The notes under the pieces: model-generated
What the model was told of the DNA's origin: nothing
Database searches by the model: none
Seen by the model: only the letters and a program-made list of their open reading frames with translations
NCBI GenBank assembly: GCA_046731795.1
Contig: JBKPLV010000262.1
Location: 1-30,960, forward strand
Length of the DNA: 30,960 nt
Direction of reading: 5' to 3'
From: Actinomycetota bacterium
GTDB taxonomy: Bacteria > Actinomycetota > Thermoleophilia > Gaiellales > Gaiellaceae
Program-made: the position numbers and the translations under genes
Shown: positions 8,812 to 17,673 of the stretch, in pieces
Position numbering within the stretch: the stretch's first letter is position 1
Layout of the letters: each line of letters starts with the position of its first letter

Positions 8812-9048
8812 GTGATGCGCGCTTTCGACTGCACGGAGGCCATGCACGAGGCGGCGCATTTCACTGCGGAAACCGATGAACTGCTCATGGAGAAGGTCCT
8901 GGGGCACTTTGCGGAATACCACCCGGAAGTGACCGTGGACCGGGTGCGCGAGCTGGTGGGTCCGCGCATCTACGACGAGGATCTCGAAGCGGAGGAAGGG
9001 ACGCGGAGCGACCCCGGCACGCCAGTCGAGCCAGTACCGGGCAGATGA
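8812..9048 (+). CDS. Small DUF1059-like protein
   Basis: FDC....H...FTAETDELL.EKV..H....HP pattern; coding-like codon bias. Confidence 0.55.
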   Translation: MMRAFDCTEAMHEAAHFTAETDELLMEKVLGHFAEYHPEVTVDRVRELVGPRIYDEDLEAEEGTRSDPGTPVEPVPGR

Positions 9049-9099
9049 TCCCGCCCGAAGGATGACGGCGTCCGGCGGCCTGCCGCAAGAGCGCGTTCC

Positions 9100-10554
9100 G
9101 TGAGCTGGCGTCCCGCCGATGTCGCCCTTTCCCTGGACCGTGGCATCGGGGAGGGAATCGCGCGGGCGGTCGTAAGACATCATCGGCGTCGTCTCAGTCG
9201 GTGCGGGTGGGGCCACGCATTCGAGGCGAACGCCAAGCAGTGGGCGCACGGTGAACCGCCGCGGCGGGGCGGCTGCGCGTTCGAGGCGCTCGTGGACGGA
9301 GCTGAGGCTCTGCCGAGGATCGCGGCAGCGCTCGAACGAGCCAGCTCGCACATCCATATCGCCGGCTGGCACTTCTCGCCGGACTTCGACCTCGTACGGA
9401 ACGGGCGGCCGACGATCCTTCGCAATCTGCTCGGAGAGGTGTCGATGCGGTGCGACGTTCGCGTCCTCGCGTGGGCCGGCGCGCCGCTCCCGCTCTTCAA
9501 GCCTTCGCGCGGCATGGTCAGAGAGATGCGTGATCGTCTTTGTGACGGAACGGGAATTCGGTGTGCGCTCGACGCGAAAGAGCGGCCGCTGCACTGTCAC
9601 CACGAGAAGACGATCGTCGTCGACGACGAGATCGCGTTCGTCGGCGGTATCGACCTGACGAGCCAGAGCGGTGATCGTTTCGACTCGAGCACACACATGG
9701 CCCGCGCAAGCGTGGGCTGGCACGACGTCTGCGCCGAGATCCGGGGACCGGCAGTGGCCGACGTCGCGGAGCACTTCCGGATGCGCTGGCAGGAGGTCAC
9801 CGGGGAGCGCATCGACCCGCCGATCTCCCCCCCGACCGCCGGGGACGCGGAGCTGCAGGTCGTCCGGACCGTTCCGGAGAAGGTCTACCGAGCGCTTCCA
9901 GATGGCGACTTCCGCATTCTCGAGTCGTATGTCGGAGCGCTCAGGGGAGCTCGAAGGTTCGTCTATCTCGAGAATCAGTTTCTCTGGTCCCCCGAGATCA
10001 CCGCGGTCCTCCGTCAGAAGCTGCGCGATCCGCCGAGCGACGACTTTCGCCTCCTGATCGTGCTTCCCGCGAAGCCGAATACGGGTGCAGATGACACCCG
10101 TGGCACTCTTGCGGAGCTGGTCGAGGCGGATCGCGAGCAGGGCCGTCTCCTGGCATGCACGCTGTACGCGCGGTCGGGAAGCGCGATGGATCCCATCTAC
10201 GTCCACGCGAAGGTCGCAGTAGTTGACGACGAGTGGTTGACGATCGGCTCCGCCAATCTGAACGACCACTCCCTCTTCAACGACACCGAGATGAACGTGG
10301 TCACGCACGACAAGAACATTGCGGCCCGGGTCCGCACGCGTCTCTGGAGTGAGCATCTCGAGCTCCCGGAGGCCGACGTGGACGACTCTCCCGCGAGGGT
10401 CATCGACACGAGGTGGAAGCCGGTCAGCTCAGAGCAGCTCGATCGTCTGCGCGCTCGAAGTCCGCTTACGCATCGGCTCGTGCGTCTGCCCAATGTCTCC
10501 CGCCGCACGGAGCGCTTGCTCGGCCCGCTCCAAGGTCTGCTCGTCGACGGCTGA
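9100..10554 (+). CDS. Phospholipase D / cardiolipin synthase-like protein
   Basis: Two HKD motifs, HEKTIVVD...GGID and HAKVAVVD...GSAN; WHD and YLENQF motifs. Confidence 0.92.
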   Translation: MSWRPADVALSLDRGIGEGIARAVVRHHRRRLSRCGWGHAFEANAKQWAHGEPPRRGGCAFEALVDGAEALPRIAAALERASSHIHIAGWHFSPDFDLVRNGRPTILRNLLGEVSMRCDVRVLAWAGAPLPLFKPSRGMVREMRDRLCDGTGIRCALDAKERPLHCHHEKTIVVDDEIAFVGGIDLTSQSGDRFDSSTHMARASVGWHDVCAEIRGPAVADVAEHFRMRWQEVTGERIDPPISPPTAGDAELQVVRTVPEKVYRALPDGDFRILESYVGALRGARRFVYLENQFLWSPEITAVLRQKLRDPPSDDFRLLIVLPAKPNTGADDTRGTLAELVEADREQGRLLACTLYARSGSAMDPIYVHAKVAVVDDEWLTIGSANLNDHSLFNDTEMNVVTHDKNIAARVRTRLWSEHLELPEADVDDSPARVIDTRWKPVSSEQLDRLRARSPLTHRLVRLPNVSRRTERLLGPLQGLLVDG

Positions 10555-10561
10555 CCATCAA

Positions 10562-10588
10562 GGTTTCCGATGTGCGCTTGGCGGTCAT
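10562..10588 (+). promoter_or_regulatory. SigF/SigB-type promoter (GGTTT-N16-GGTCAT) upstream of CYTH-CHAD
   Basis: -35 matches GGWWT with 16-nt spacing; -10 has two mismatches to GGGTAY. Confidence 0.4.
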
Positions 10589-10621
10589 CCTGTCTCTGTC
10601 TGCGCGCGAACGGAGGTCGCG

Positions 10622-12034
10622 ATGAAGGCCGCTGTGGAGCGTGAGCTGAAGCTGGACGGTGGCGAGGGCGTCGATCTCGACCGGCTCGGGGGCGATCCGA
10701 TCGATTCGCATGTCTTCTCGTCCGTCTATCACGACGTGGCAGACCTCCGGCTGCTCCGCGCCGGGATCACGTTACGGCGACGGACCGAGAACGGCGCGAG
10801 CGTGTGGCAGTTGAAGCTGCCTCACGACGACGCGCGACTGGAGATCGAGGAGCCAGGAGGCCCGTCGTCGGTTCCCGCCTCGCTTGGAGCAGCGCTGTCG
10901 GGCATCGTTCGCGAGCAGGAGGTCGTGCCGATCGCGACGTTGGCGACACACCGCAGCGGGCGACGGGTCGACGGCGTCGACGTGACTCTCGACGAGGTCG
11001 AGGTGCTCGAGGACCACCTCGTCGTGCAGCGCTTCACGGAGGTAGAGGCGGAGCTCGTCGACGGCTCCGCCGAGGCACTCGACCAGATCGGGAAAGAGCT
11101 GCGGAAGCTCGGCGCGAAGCCAGGCGAGTCGAGGGCGAAGGTCACCCGTGCGGTCGACGTTCCCGAGCGTGCGGGGGCGGCGAAGAAGGCGACGGCGCTC
11201 GAGGCGTTGCGGGCCATGGTCGGCGTCCAGTACGACGAGTTGCTGCGCCACGACCCGATCGTGCGCGTCAGCGACGATGCGGAGGCGGTGCACAAGATGC
11301 GGGTGGCCGTGCGTCGACTCCGCTCCGTGCTCCGGACGGCGAGGCCGATGCTCGACAAGCGCTGGGTCACCTCGCTGCGGGACGAGCTCGACTGGCTCGC
11401 CGACGGGCTCGGGGCGGTGCGTGACCTCGACGTGCTCCTCCTCACCCTCAGAGAGGACGCGGAGAACGTGAGTGGCACCCACCCGGCGCGAACGGCCGAG
11501 CTGCTTCGTCCGCTGGAGGCAGAGCGGGCGACAGCGCGCGAAGCGCTGCTCGAGCGCCTGAGGCAGCCGCGCTACTACCGCCTCCTCGACACGGTCGAAG
11601 CTGCGGCCGCCGCTCCTCCGACCCGCCGCGACGACGTGAAGCTCGGCCGGCTCGTTGAGAAGGAGTTCCAGCGTTTGCGCAAGCGCGGCCGGCGGCTCGA
11701 GTCACAGAGCGACGGCGATCTTCACAAGACCCGGATCCGGGGCAAGCGCGCCCGTTACGCCGCCGAGCTTGCCGAGCGAGCCCGGGGGAAGAAGGCACGC
11801 CGTTTCATCGACGCGGCCAAGGATCTCCAAGATGTCCTCGGAGAGCACCAGGACGCTGTCGTCGCGACCGAGCGACTCGACGAGCTCGCCCGCCGTACGA
11901 AGAGCACCGAGGTGGCAATGCTCGCCGGTCGATTGATCGAACGGCAAGGACAGCGCAAACGGGACGCCCGCCGCCGAGTCCCGGCCGTCTGGCGTAAGGT
12001 CGAACGCCGCGGCAAGCGCGCCTGGCTCAACTGA
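10622..12034 (+). CDS. CYTH (triphosphate tunnel) + CHAD domain protein
   Basis: ERELK (ExExK), TLRRR, WQLKLP and EVEAEL; CHAD motifs VHKMRVAVRRLRS, LHKTRIRGKRARY and QDVLGEHQD; RBS GGAGG. Confidence 0.92.
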   Translation: MKAAVERELKLDGGEGVDLDRLGGDPIDSHVFSSVYHDVADLRLLRAGITLRRRTENGASVWQLKLPHDDARLEIEEPGGPSSVPASLGAALSGIVREQEVVPIATLATHRSGRRVDGVDVTLDEVEVLEDHLVVQRFTEVEAELVDGSAEALDQIGKELRKLGAKPGESRAKVTRAVDVPERAGAAKKATALEALRAMVGVQYDELLRHDPIVRVSDDAEAVHKMRVAVRRLRSVLRTARPMLDKRWVTSLRDELDWLADGLGAVRDLDVLLLTLREDAENVSGTHPARTAELLRPLEAERATAREALLERLRQPRYYRLLDTVEAAAAAPPTRRDDVKLGRLVEKEFQRLRKRGRRLESQSDGDLHKTRIRGKRARYAAELAERARGKKARRFIDAAKDLQDVLGEHQDAVVATERLDELARRTKSTEVAMLAGRLIERQGQRKRDARRRVPAVWRKVERRGKRAWLN

Positions 12035-12042
12035 ACCCGGAT

Positions 12043-12252
12043 GTGAACGTCCGCGCATACATCACGCTGCTCGAGGACGCCGAGCGGCCCGCCGAGGTCG
12101 GGCTCATTCGTTTCGCACGAGCGAAGGTCGGCTACAAGGCGCCCGAGGAGATCGTGTTCCTCGAGGAGATCTCCCGAACCGCCACAGGCAAAGTCGACCG
12201 CACCGGCCTCAAGCGCATGGCCGAAGCTACGCAGGAGCCGGCGACCGCCTGA
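12043..12252 (+). pseudogene. C-terminal remnant of an AMP-dependent synthetase/ligase (acyl-CoA synthetase family)
   Basis: NVRAYITL...GYKAPEEIVFLEEISRTATGKVDR (A10 GK motif); the adenylation core is absent because the CHAD gene occupies the upstream DNA. Confidence 0.8.
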
Positions 12253-12257
12253 CGCGC

Positions 12258-12431
12258 CTAGGGAAACCGGATCGCGAAGCGGCAGGCCTGCGCGCCGCAG
12301 TGCATGCACTCGAGCTGCTCGACCTTGTCTACAGGGCGTCGACGCCCGGTGCCTTCCACGACGCCGCGCAGCATCGCGCAGATCCGGCGCCGCGACGAGT
12401 ACACGATCTCGAGGCCCTCGTCTCCGAGCGC
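12258..12431 (-). pseudogene. C-terminal remnant of a heme NO-binding (H-NOX) domain protein
   Basis: GLEIVYSSRRRICAMLRGVVEG..CMHCGAQACRF contains the YxSxR heme motif and the C-terminal Cys pattern; the N-terminal two-thirds is missing. Confidence 0.7.
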
Positions 12432-12553
12432 GCACGGATGCGTCCGTTGTCGGCGAGACACAGACGAGACGCTTGTAGACTCCAGCCCGCAGATCGTCGG
12501 GACCCCGACCTGCGATCCCCGCGTCCATCCCACCGATCCGTGGAGGTCACGCG

Positions 12554-14290
12554 ATGAACAGCCGACTTCGGCGTTCCCTTGTCCTGACGACCCTGGTGGC
12601 CGCGTTGCTCGCGGTCTCCGGCGCCGCGGCCTTGATCGGCCTCGCGGCGAACCCACCGAAGACAAAGGTCTCGGGCATCGACGTCGACGCGACGACGATC
12701 CCGCAGCTCGAGCAGTTGATGAACTCGCACCGGATCAACGCCGTCGAGCTGACGAACTTCTATCTCCGGCGCATCCGCCAGCTCAATCCGGAGCTGAACG
12801 CCGTGATCACGGAGAGCCCGACGGCCCTCGCTGACGCGCGGGCCGCCGACGCGGCGCGTCGGGGCGGCGACCACCGTCCGCTGCTCGGGATCCCGATCAT
12901 CGTCAAGGACAACGTCGACACAAGCGGCATGCCGACGACGGCCGGCTCCTGGGCGCTAGCCGGTAGCACGCCTGCCGACGCGTTCATCGCGGCGAGGCTG
13001 AAGGCCGCTGGCGCGATCATCATCGGCAAGGCCAACCTGTCCGAGTGGGCCAACTTCAGGTCTGGCCCGTCGTCGAGCGGCTGGAGCGGCATCGGCGGAC
13101 AGACGAACATGCCGTATGTCCTCGATCGCAACCCCTGCGGCTCGAGCTCCGGCTCCGGCGTCGTCGCGGCTGCCGATCTCGCCGTCGCAGCCGTCGGCAC
13201 CGAGACGGACGGCTCGATCGTCTGTCCCTCCGGCGCCAACGGCGACGTCGGGATCAAGCCGACGCTCGGGTTGTGGAGCCGAGCCGGCGTCGTCCCGATC
13301 AGCGCCGACCAGGACACCGCGGGCCCGATCGCGCGCAACGTGACCGACGCTGCGGTGCTCCTCGGCGCGGCGACCGGTGTCGACGCGAACGATCCCGCGA
13401 CGGCCGCTCAGGTCGGTCATGCCTTCACGAGCTACACGCAGTTCCTCGACGACGATGCGCTGAACGGCGCTCGCATCGGCGTCTGGCGCGCCGGGACCTA
13501 TGACCCGACGCTGGTCGGACCGGTCGTCGAGCCGATCCTCGACAACGTGATCGCGGCGCTGGAGGCGCAGGGCGCAACGGTCGTCGACCCGACCGATATC
13601 GACCTGTCCGCGACGGTCAACGAGTTCCCGGCGCTGCTGTGCGAGTTCAAGAGCGACATCGCTTCGTATCTCCACACCTACGTCCACGGGACGAACCCGA
13701 AGACCGGCCAGCCGTATGCGCAGACACTCGCCGACCTGATCGCCTTCGATCAGGCGCATCCGGAGCTCGAAGGCCCCTGGAACGACGCGGTCTTCGAGGC
13801 CGCCGAGGCGACCAACGGCCGTGACGCAGACTGCGCGAATCTCCGCGCGGCGACGACTCCGCCTGTGCAGGCCGCGATCGACAAGGTCATGGCCGACAAC
13901 GACCTCGACGCGATCATCGCCCTGACGAACGGGCCGGCCTGGCCGACGAACTCGAACCCCGACGAGGGCGATCTCGGTGGTCATTTCGAGTACTTCGTGG
14001 GCTCGTCGACGGCGGCGGCGGTGTCGGGTTACGCCGACATCACCGTGCCCGCCGGCCACGATCAGGGACTGCCGCTCGGGATCACCTTCATCGGCGGGCG
14101 CTGGTCCGAGCCGCAGCTGCTCGGCCTCGCGTTCGACTACGAGCAGGCGACGCACGTTCGTGTCCCGCCGCAGTTCATCCCGACGATCGGGGACGCGCTA
14201 TTCCCGGGCGTCCCGAATCCGCCGGCGCCCGCCCGCGCGCAGCCGCAGGCGAGCCAGGCCGAGCGCGAGCCGGACTTGCGCCTCCGGTAG
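12554..14290 (+). CDS. Secreted amidase-signature family enzyme
   Basis: Ser-cisSer-Lys triad motifs IIVKDN, CGSSSGS and GTETDGSIVCPS; GKANLSEWANFR; N-terminal signal peptide; GGAGG RBS. Confidence 0.93.
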   Translation: MNSRLRRSLVLTTLVAALLAVSGAAALIGLAANPPKTKVSGIDVDATTIPQLEQLMNSHRINAVELTNFYLRRIRQLNPELNAVITESPTALADARAADAARRGGDHRPLLGIPIIVKDNVDTSGMPTTAGSWALAGSTPADAFIAARLKAAGAIIIGKANLSEWANFRSGPSSSGWSGIGGQTNMPYVLDRNPCGSSSGSGVVAAADLAVAAVGTETDGSIVCPSGANGDVGIKPTLGLWSRAGVVPISADQDTAGPIARNVTDAAVLLGAATGVDANDPATAAQVGHAFTSYTQFLDDDALNGARIGVWRAGTYDPTLVGPVVEPILDNVIAALEAQGATVVDPTDIDLSATVNEFPALLCEFKSDIASYLHTYVHGTNPKTGQPYAQTLADLIAFDQAHPELEGPWNDAVFEAAEATNGRDADCANLRAATTPPVQAAIDKVMADNDLDAIIALTNGPAWPTNSNPDEGDLGGHFEYFVGSSTAAAVSGYADITVPAGHDQGLPLGITFIGGRWSEPQLLGLAFDYEQATHVRVPPQFIPTIGDALFPGVPNPPAPARAQPQASQAEREPDLRLR

Positions 14291-14306
14291 ACGCGCGCGC
14301 AGAAAC

Positions 14307-14338
14307 GAGCGAAGCCCGGCCGTGGCCGGGCTTCGCTC
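14307..14338. terminator. Bidirectional intrinsic terminator-like hairpin
   Basis: Perfect 14-bp stem GAGCGAAGCCCGGC/GCCGGGCTTCGCTC with CGTG loop between convergent genes. Confidence 0.8.
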
Positions 14339-14357
14339 TGCTTGGCGGATCTTGGAG

Positions 14358-15365
14358 CTATCGCCGCCGGAACGTCCGCGACGCCGGCGCGCTCGTCAGA
14401 CCCGACGCGTCACGCGCTCGCAGCGTGATCGTGTATCTGCCCGGGCCACGGAAGCGCTGTGCCGGGAGCCAGCTCCGCGTGTACGCGCCGCACGGCCGCG
14501 GCGGAACGCGGGTCGCGAATCGCCTCAGCGCGGGGCGCACTCCGGGCCGCGTCTCACGCACGAGGATCCCGAGGTTGCGCGGCGTGTCGTCGCAGATACG
14601 CATGCGCACGTAGATCCGCGCACCCAGGAACGTCGTGCCGAGGATCCGGAGGGTCGGTCGCTTGTTGGTCACCGGAGTGGTCGGCTGGACGACGTCCGTT
14701 GGAGCGGACGTGGCCGTCCCGGAGCGACCCTCCTTGCGCGCAACGACCTGCACGCGCATGCGGAAGCCGAGGTCGGCGAGACGAACGCCGTACGTCCGGC
14801 CGGTCGCTCCCGTCACGTCGACGCACGTGATCGCGTCGATGTTGCACCGCTGCCACTGGAACGAGAACGAGGTCGGATTCCCCGTCCACGTCCCCTCGTT
14901 CGCCGTCAGCTCCTCGCCGACGCGAGCAATGCCGGTGATCGTGGGCCGACTCGTGTTGGTCAACGGCGCCGCGTTCGAGGCGATGACGCCGGTCGGCTGC
15001 GAGCGAGCATTCGTCGCCCCGTCGGCGTTGATCGCGGTCACGCGGACTCGCATCGTGTTCCCGACGTCAGCCTGTCCGAGCCGATAGGTCTGGCCGTCGG
15101 CCGCGAGCAGGATGCACGAGAAGCCGTTCTCGTTACATCGGAGCCAGCGATACCGGAAGCTCGTCGGCGCGTTGTCCCACGTCCCGTTGTGGGCCGTGAG
15201 CACCTCGCCGGCGCGCTCGATTCCGGTGATCGTCGGTGGATCGATGTTCACGGGTGCCGCGGCGACACGGGCCGTCGCTGACGCGACGAGCGCCAGCGCG
15301 ACCAGCGCCGCCGACGAGAGGACACCCATCAGGAAGACATTGCGTGCCTTGCGCGTCTTCATCAT
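14358..15365 (-). CDS. Secreted protein with two tandem Ig-like repeats
   Basis: Signal peptide; two ~95-aa repeats (N..PPTITG..R.GE.LTA..GTW...PTSF.(Y/F).W.RC...C...GA.G.TY.L..AD.G..MRV.V.A) plus a C-terminal beta domain. Confidence 0.85.
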   Translation of the reverse strand: MMKTRKARNVFLMGVLSSAALVALALVASATARVAAAPVNIDPPTITGIERAGEVLTAHNGTWDNAPTSFRYRWLRCNENGFSCILLAADGQTYRLGQADVGNTMRVRVTAINADGATNARSQPTGVIASNAAPLTNTSRPTITGIARVGEELTANEGTWTGNPTSFSFQWQRCNIDAITCVDVTGATGRTYGVRLADLGFRMRVQVVARKEGRSGTATSAPTDVVQPTTPVTNKRPTLRILGTTFLGARIYVRMRICDDTPRNLGILVRETRPGVRPALRRFATRVPPRPCGAYTRSWLPAQRFRGPGRYTITLRARDASGLTSAPASRTFRRR

Positions 15366-15491
15366 TCTCCCCCTTCCTCTCGGAGTGAGGGATTTCCGAA
15401 TCTGGAAACAGAAAAACGCTCATTTCGAGGTACTTACAGTTCGCGAACACGCCGGACGTGGTCGGGATCGGGCGCCTCGGTCCGACGGCCG

Positions 15492-15995
15492 TCAGAGACG
15501 CTTGCGGTAGCGCAGCTCCGTGACAGTCGCGCCCTGGAAGTCGTCCTGCTTCTCTCCGTCGCGCGTCCAGCCGGCTGCTCGGTAGAAGCGCTCTGCGCGG
15601 TCGTTTCCCTCGAGCACCCACAAGAGGGCGTGCGCGAAGCCGGAGGCACGCAGAGAGGCCTCGGCGCGCTCGATCAGCGCACGGCCGGCTCCGGTGCCCC
15701 ACTGCGACGGGTCGACGTAGATGGCGTAGACCTCGCCCGCGTCGCTTTCGGAGCTCGCGGCGCCCACCGTTGCGAAGCCGACGACCTCGTCGTCGACGAC
15801 CGCGACGAACGTCGCGCTTCCGGGACGTGGCGTGCGACTGAGCCCTTCGCGCCACATCGCCTGCCTTGCGCTCAGGTCGAACGAGTCGATGGTCTCCTGC
15901 GGGAGGATTCCGGCATATGCCGCCCGCCAGGTCTCGACCTGCACGCGACCGATCGCGTCCGCGTCAGCGCTCGTTGCCGGACGGATGTCTGTCAC
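15492..15995 (-). CDS. GNAT family N-acetyltransferase
   Basis: IRPAT.ADA.AI..V.V.TW.AAY.G, AIYVDP.QWGTGAGRAL and LWVLEGN.RA.RFY..GW motifs; TAACGT -10 lies 7 nt before GTG. Confidence 0.92.
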   Translation of the reverse strand: MTDIRPATSADADAIGRVQVETWRAAYAGILPQETIDSFDLSARQAMWREGLSRTPRPGSATFVAVVDDEVVGFATVGAASSESDAGEVYAIYVDPSQWGTGAGRALIERAEASLRASGFAHALLWVLEGNDRAERFYRAAGWTRDGEKQDDFQGATVTELRYRKRL

Positions 15996-16124
15996 GCGCA
16001 CGACGTTAGCCCCTCGAACGAGGGAGCACTCGTAAGCAGCTCGTACATGCTCGGCCAGGAGGGTGCCGTGGCGCTCGTGAGGGGTTGCCCACCTAGAAGG
16101 GCGAAACGCAAAGGGGGATGAGAC

Positions 16125-16777
16125 ATGAAGAAGGTCGTTATCGCAGGCGTCCTGGTTGCGGCGCTCGCCTTCACCGTCTCGGCGTCCGCGGCGCTCGTCC
16201 CGGGCGTGTTCGATCCGGGGAACACGGGATGCGTCAAGGCGACGTACGTCAAGAAGACGAAGACGCTGCACCTCGAGAAGAACTGCCCGACGGCCACGAA
16301 CGCGGCTGCGGGTGCTGACATCACCGGCGTAAGCGGCCAGCCGTTCCAGTCGGCGTCGTTCACGCTCGCGAGCACCGCTCAGTGTCAGGGTGGCTCGCCG
16401 AGGCTCAACGTGTCGACGACCACCGGGCTGTTCTTCCTCGGTTGCAACAACGTCACGCCGACGATGAACGCGAACGGGACAGCCACGTACACGTTCACGG
16501 CCGCGACGCTCGCGGCAGCCGGTCAGCAGGTTCCCACTCCGACGGGCACGGTCCAGTCCGTGAGCGTGCTCATCGACGTACAGGGCGTGGCCGACCTGAC
16601 CAACATCACGTTCAACGGCAAGCTGCAGAGGCTCGCCGCCGGCGCAGCCGCTGCCGACTTCGCGCGTCCGTGCAAGAAGGGCGGCTGGAAGAGCTTCACG
16701 AGCCCGTGTTCAAGAACCAGGGTCAGTGCGTCAAGTTCCTGATCCACGGAAGGAACGCGGCACGGAAGACCGCGTAG
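16125..16777 (+). CDS. Secreted Cys-containing protein with C-terminal CKKGGW...FKNQGQC module; 1-nt frameshift near 16706
   Basis: Signal peptide MKKVVIAGVLVAALAFTVSASA. Frame 1 gives CKKGGWKSFTSP and the -1 frame continues (V)FKNQGQCVKFLIHG to a stop at 16777. As sequenced, the ORF ends at 16742. Confidence 0.75.
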
Positions 16778-16795
16778 CTCGCGAGCTGACATGGC

Positions 16796-16830
16796 TGAAC
16801 GAAAGCCCCGCACCTGCGGGGCTTCGTTCA
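16796..16830. terminator. Bidirectional terminator-like hairpin
   Basis: TGAACGAAAGCCCCGCA-CC-TGCGGGGCTTCGTTCA, near-perfect stem between convergent genes. Confidence 0.8.
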
Positions 16831-17598
16831 ATGCAGCTCGGCGAGACTGTGTGCGACCGCGTCCGCATGCGGGAGACCCGCTGCCGCGCCCTCGTGCAGG
16901 AGCGCGCGAACCGACGCCGTGAGGGCTGCACGCAGCGTGGCAGGCTCGGGTGCGCCGGCGTGCGTCTCCTCGAAACGCGCGACCGTGTCCGCTGAGAGGT
17001 CGTCGTAGCCGCGTGCGCTCACCACGGCCACCCCCTCGCGGAGGCAGGCGAGGCACAGCGCGTGGTCCCGGACCGCACCGACGTAGTGCTCGGCCTGCAA
17101 CACGCGTCGGCGCTCGATGCACGCGCGCGCATGGAGCGCATAGACGACGCCCCAACCGAAGATGTCGTGTGCTCGCGCGGGAGTGGGGATGAAGAGGCTT
17201 CCGACCGCCGGCGCGGCAGGCTCGCTGTCGGCCGCCGTGTCGCCGAACAGAAGGCGGAAGCGCGGGCCTGCCGGGCGGAAGTGCGCTGCAGGCGTCATCG
17301 AGATGTCCACCTGCAGGGCGGCCGGCAGCAGGAACACCCGGTAGATCGTGGGGTTGCGCTCGAGATCGACGAGCTGCACGGCGTCCCGCTCGTCGGCGAG
17401 CGTGCGAGCCCAGTCGTCGAGCACGTCGGCCGTTGCGACACCGTCGGCGAGGCCGAAGGTGAGATCCAGGTCCGAGAGCTCGTCGCCGGTGCCCGCCGCG
17501 AGCGACCCGACGGCCGCTGCGGCGACGACGCGCTCGTCGGCCTCCGCGAGCCGCAGCAGGTACTCGCGGAGGACATCCCGCTCCCGAACGGTGAACAC
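16828..17598 (-). CDS. Nucleotidyltransferase domain protein (Pol-beta-like/MNT; aminoglycoside-NT-like architecture)
   Basis: VGSLAAGTGDELSDLDL (GS...DxD), QVDIS and a helical C-terminal domain; TACGAT -10 lies 6 nt before GTG. Confidence 0.8.
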   Translation of the reverse strand: MFTVRERDVLREYLLRLAEADERVVAAAAVGSLAAGTGDELSDLDLTFGLADGVATADVLDDWARTLADERDAVQLVDLERNPTIYRVFLLPAALQVDISMTPAAHFRPAGPRFRLLFGDTAADSEPAAPAVGSLFIPTPARAHDIFGWGVVYALHARACIERRRVLQAEHYVGAVRDHALCLACLREGVAVVSARGYDDLSADTVARFEETHAGAPEPATLRAALTASVRALLHEGAAAGLPHADAVAHSLAELH

Positions 17599-17673
17599 GA
17601 ACCGATCGTAGGAGCTCGCGGAACGTCACGCGCGTCTGCGGGGGCCATCCGGCCGTGGGGATGCCGGCTGAGG

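Noticed and set aside
6939-10356. Antisense ORFs of 387-534 aa across the lipid cluster
   Set aside because: Reverse-frame artefacts of codon bias opposite genes with clear catalytic motifs.
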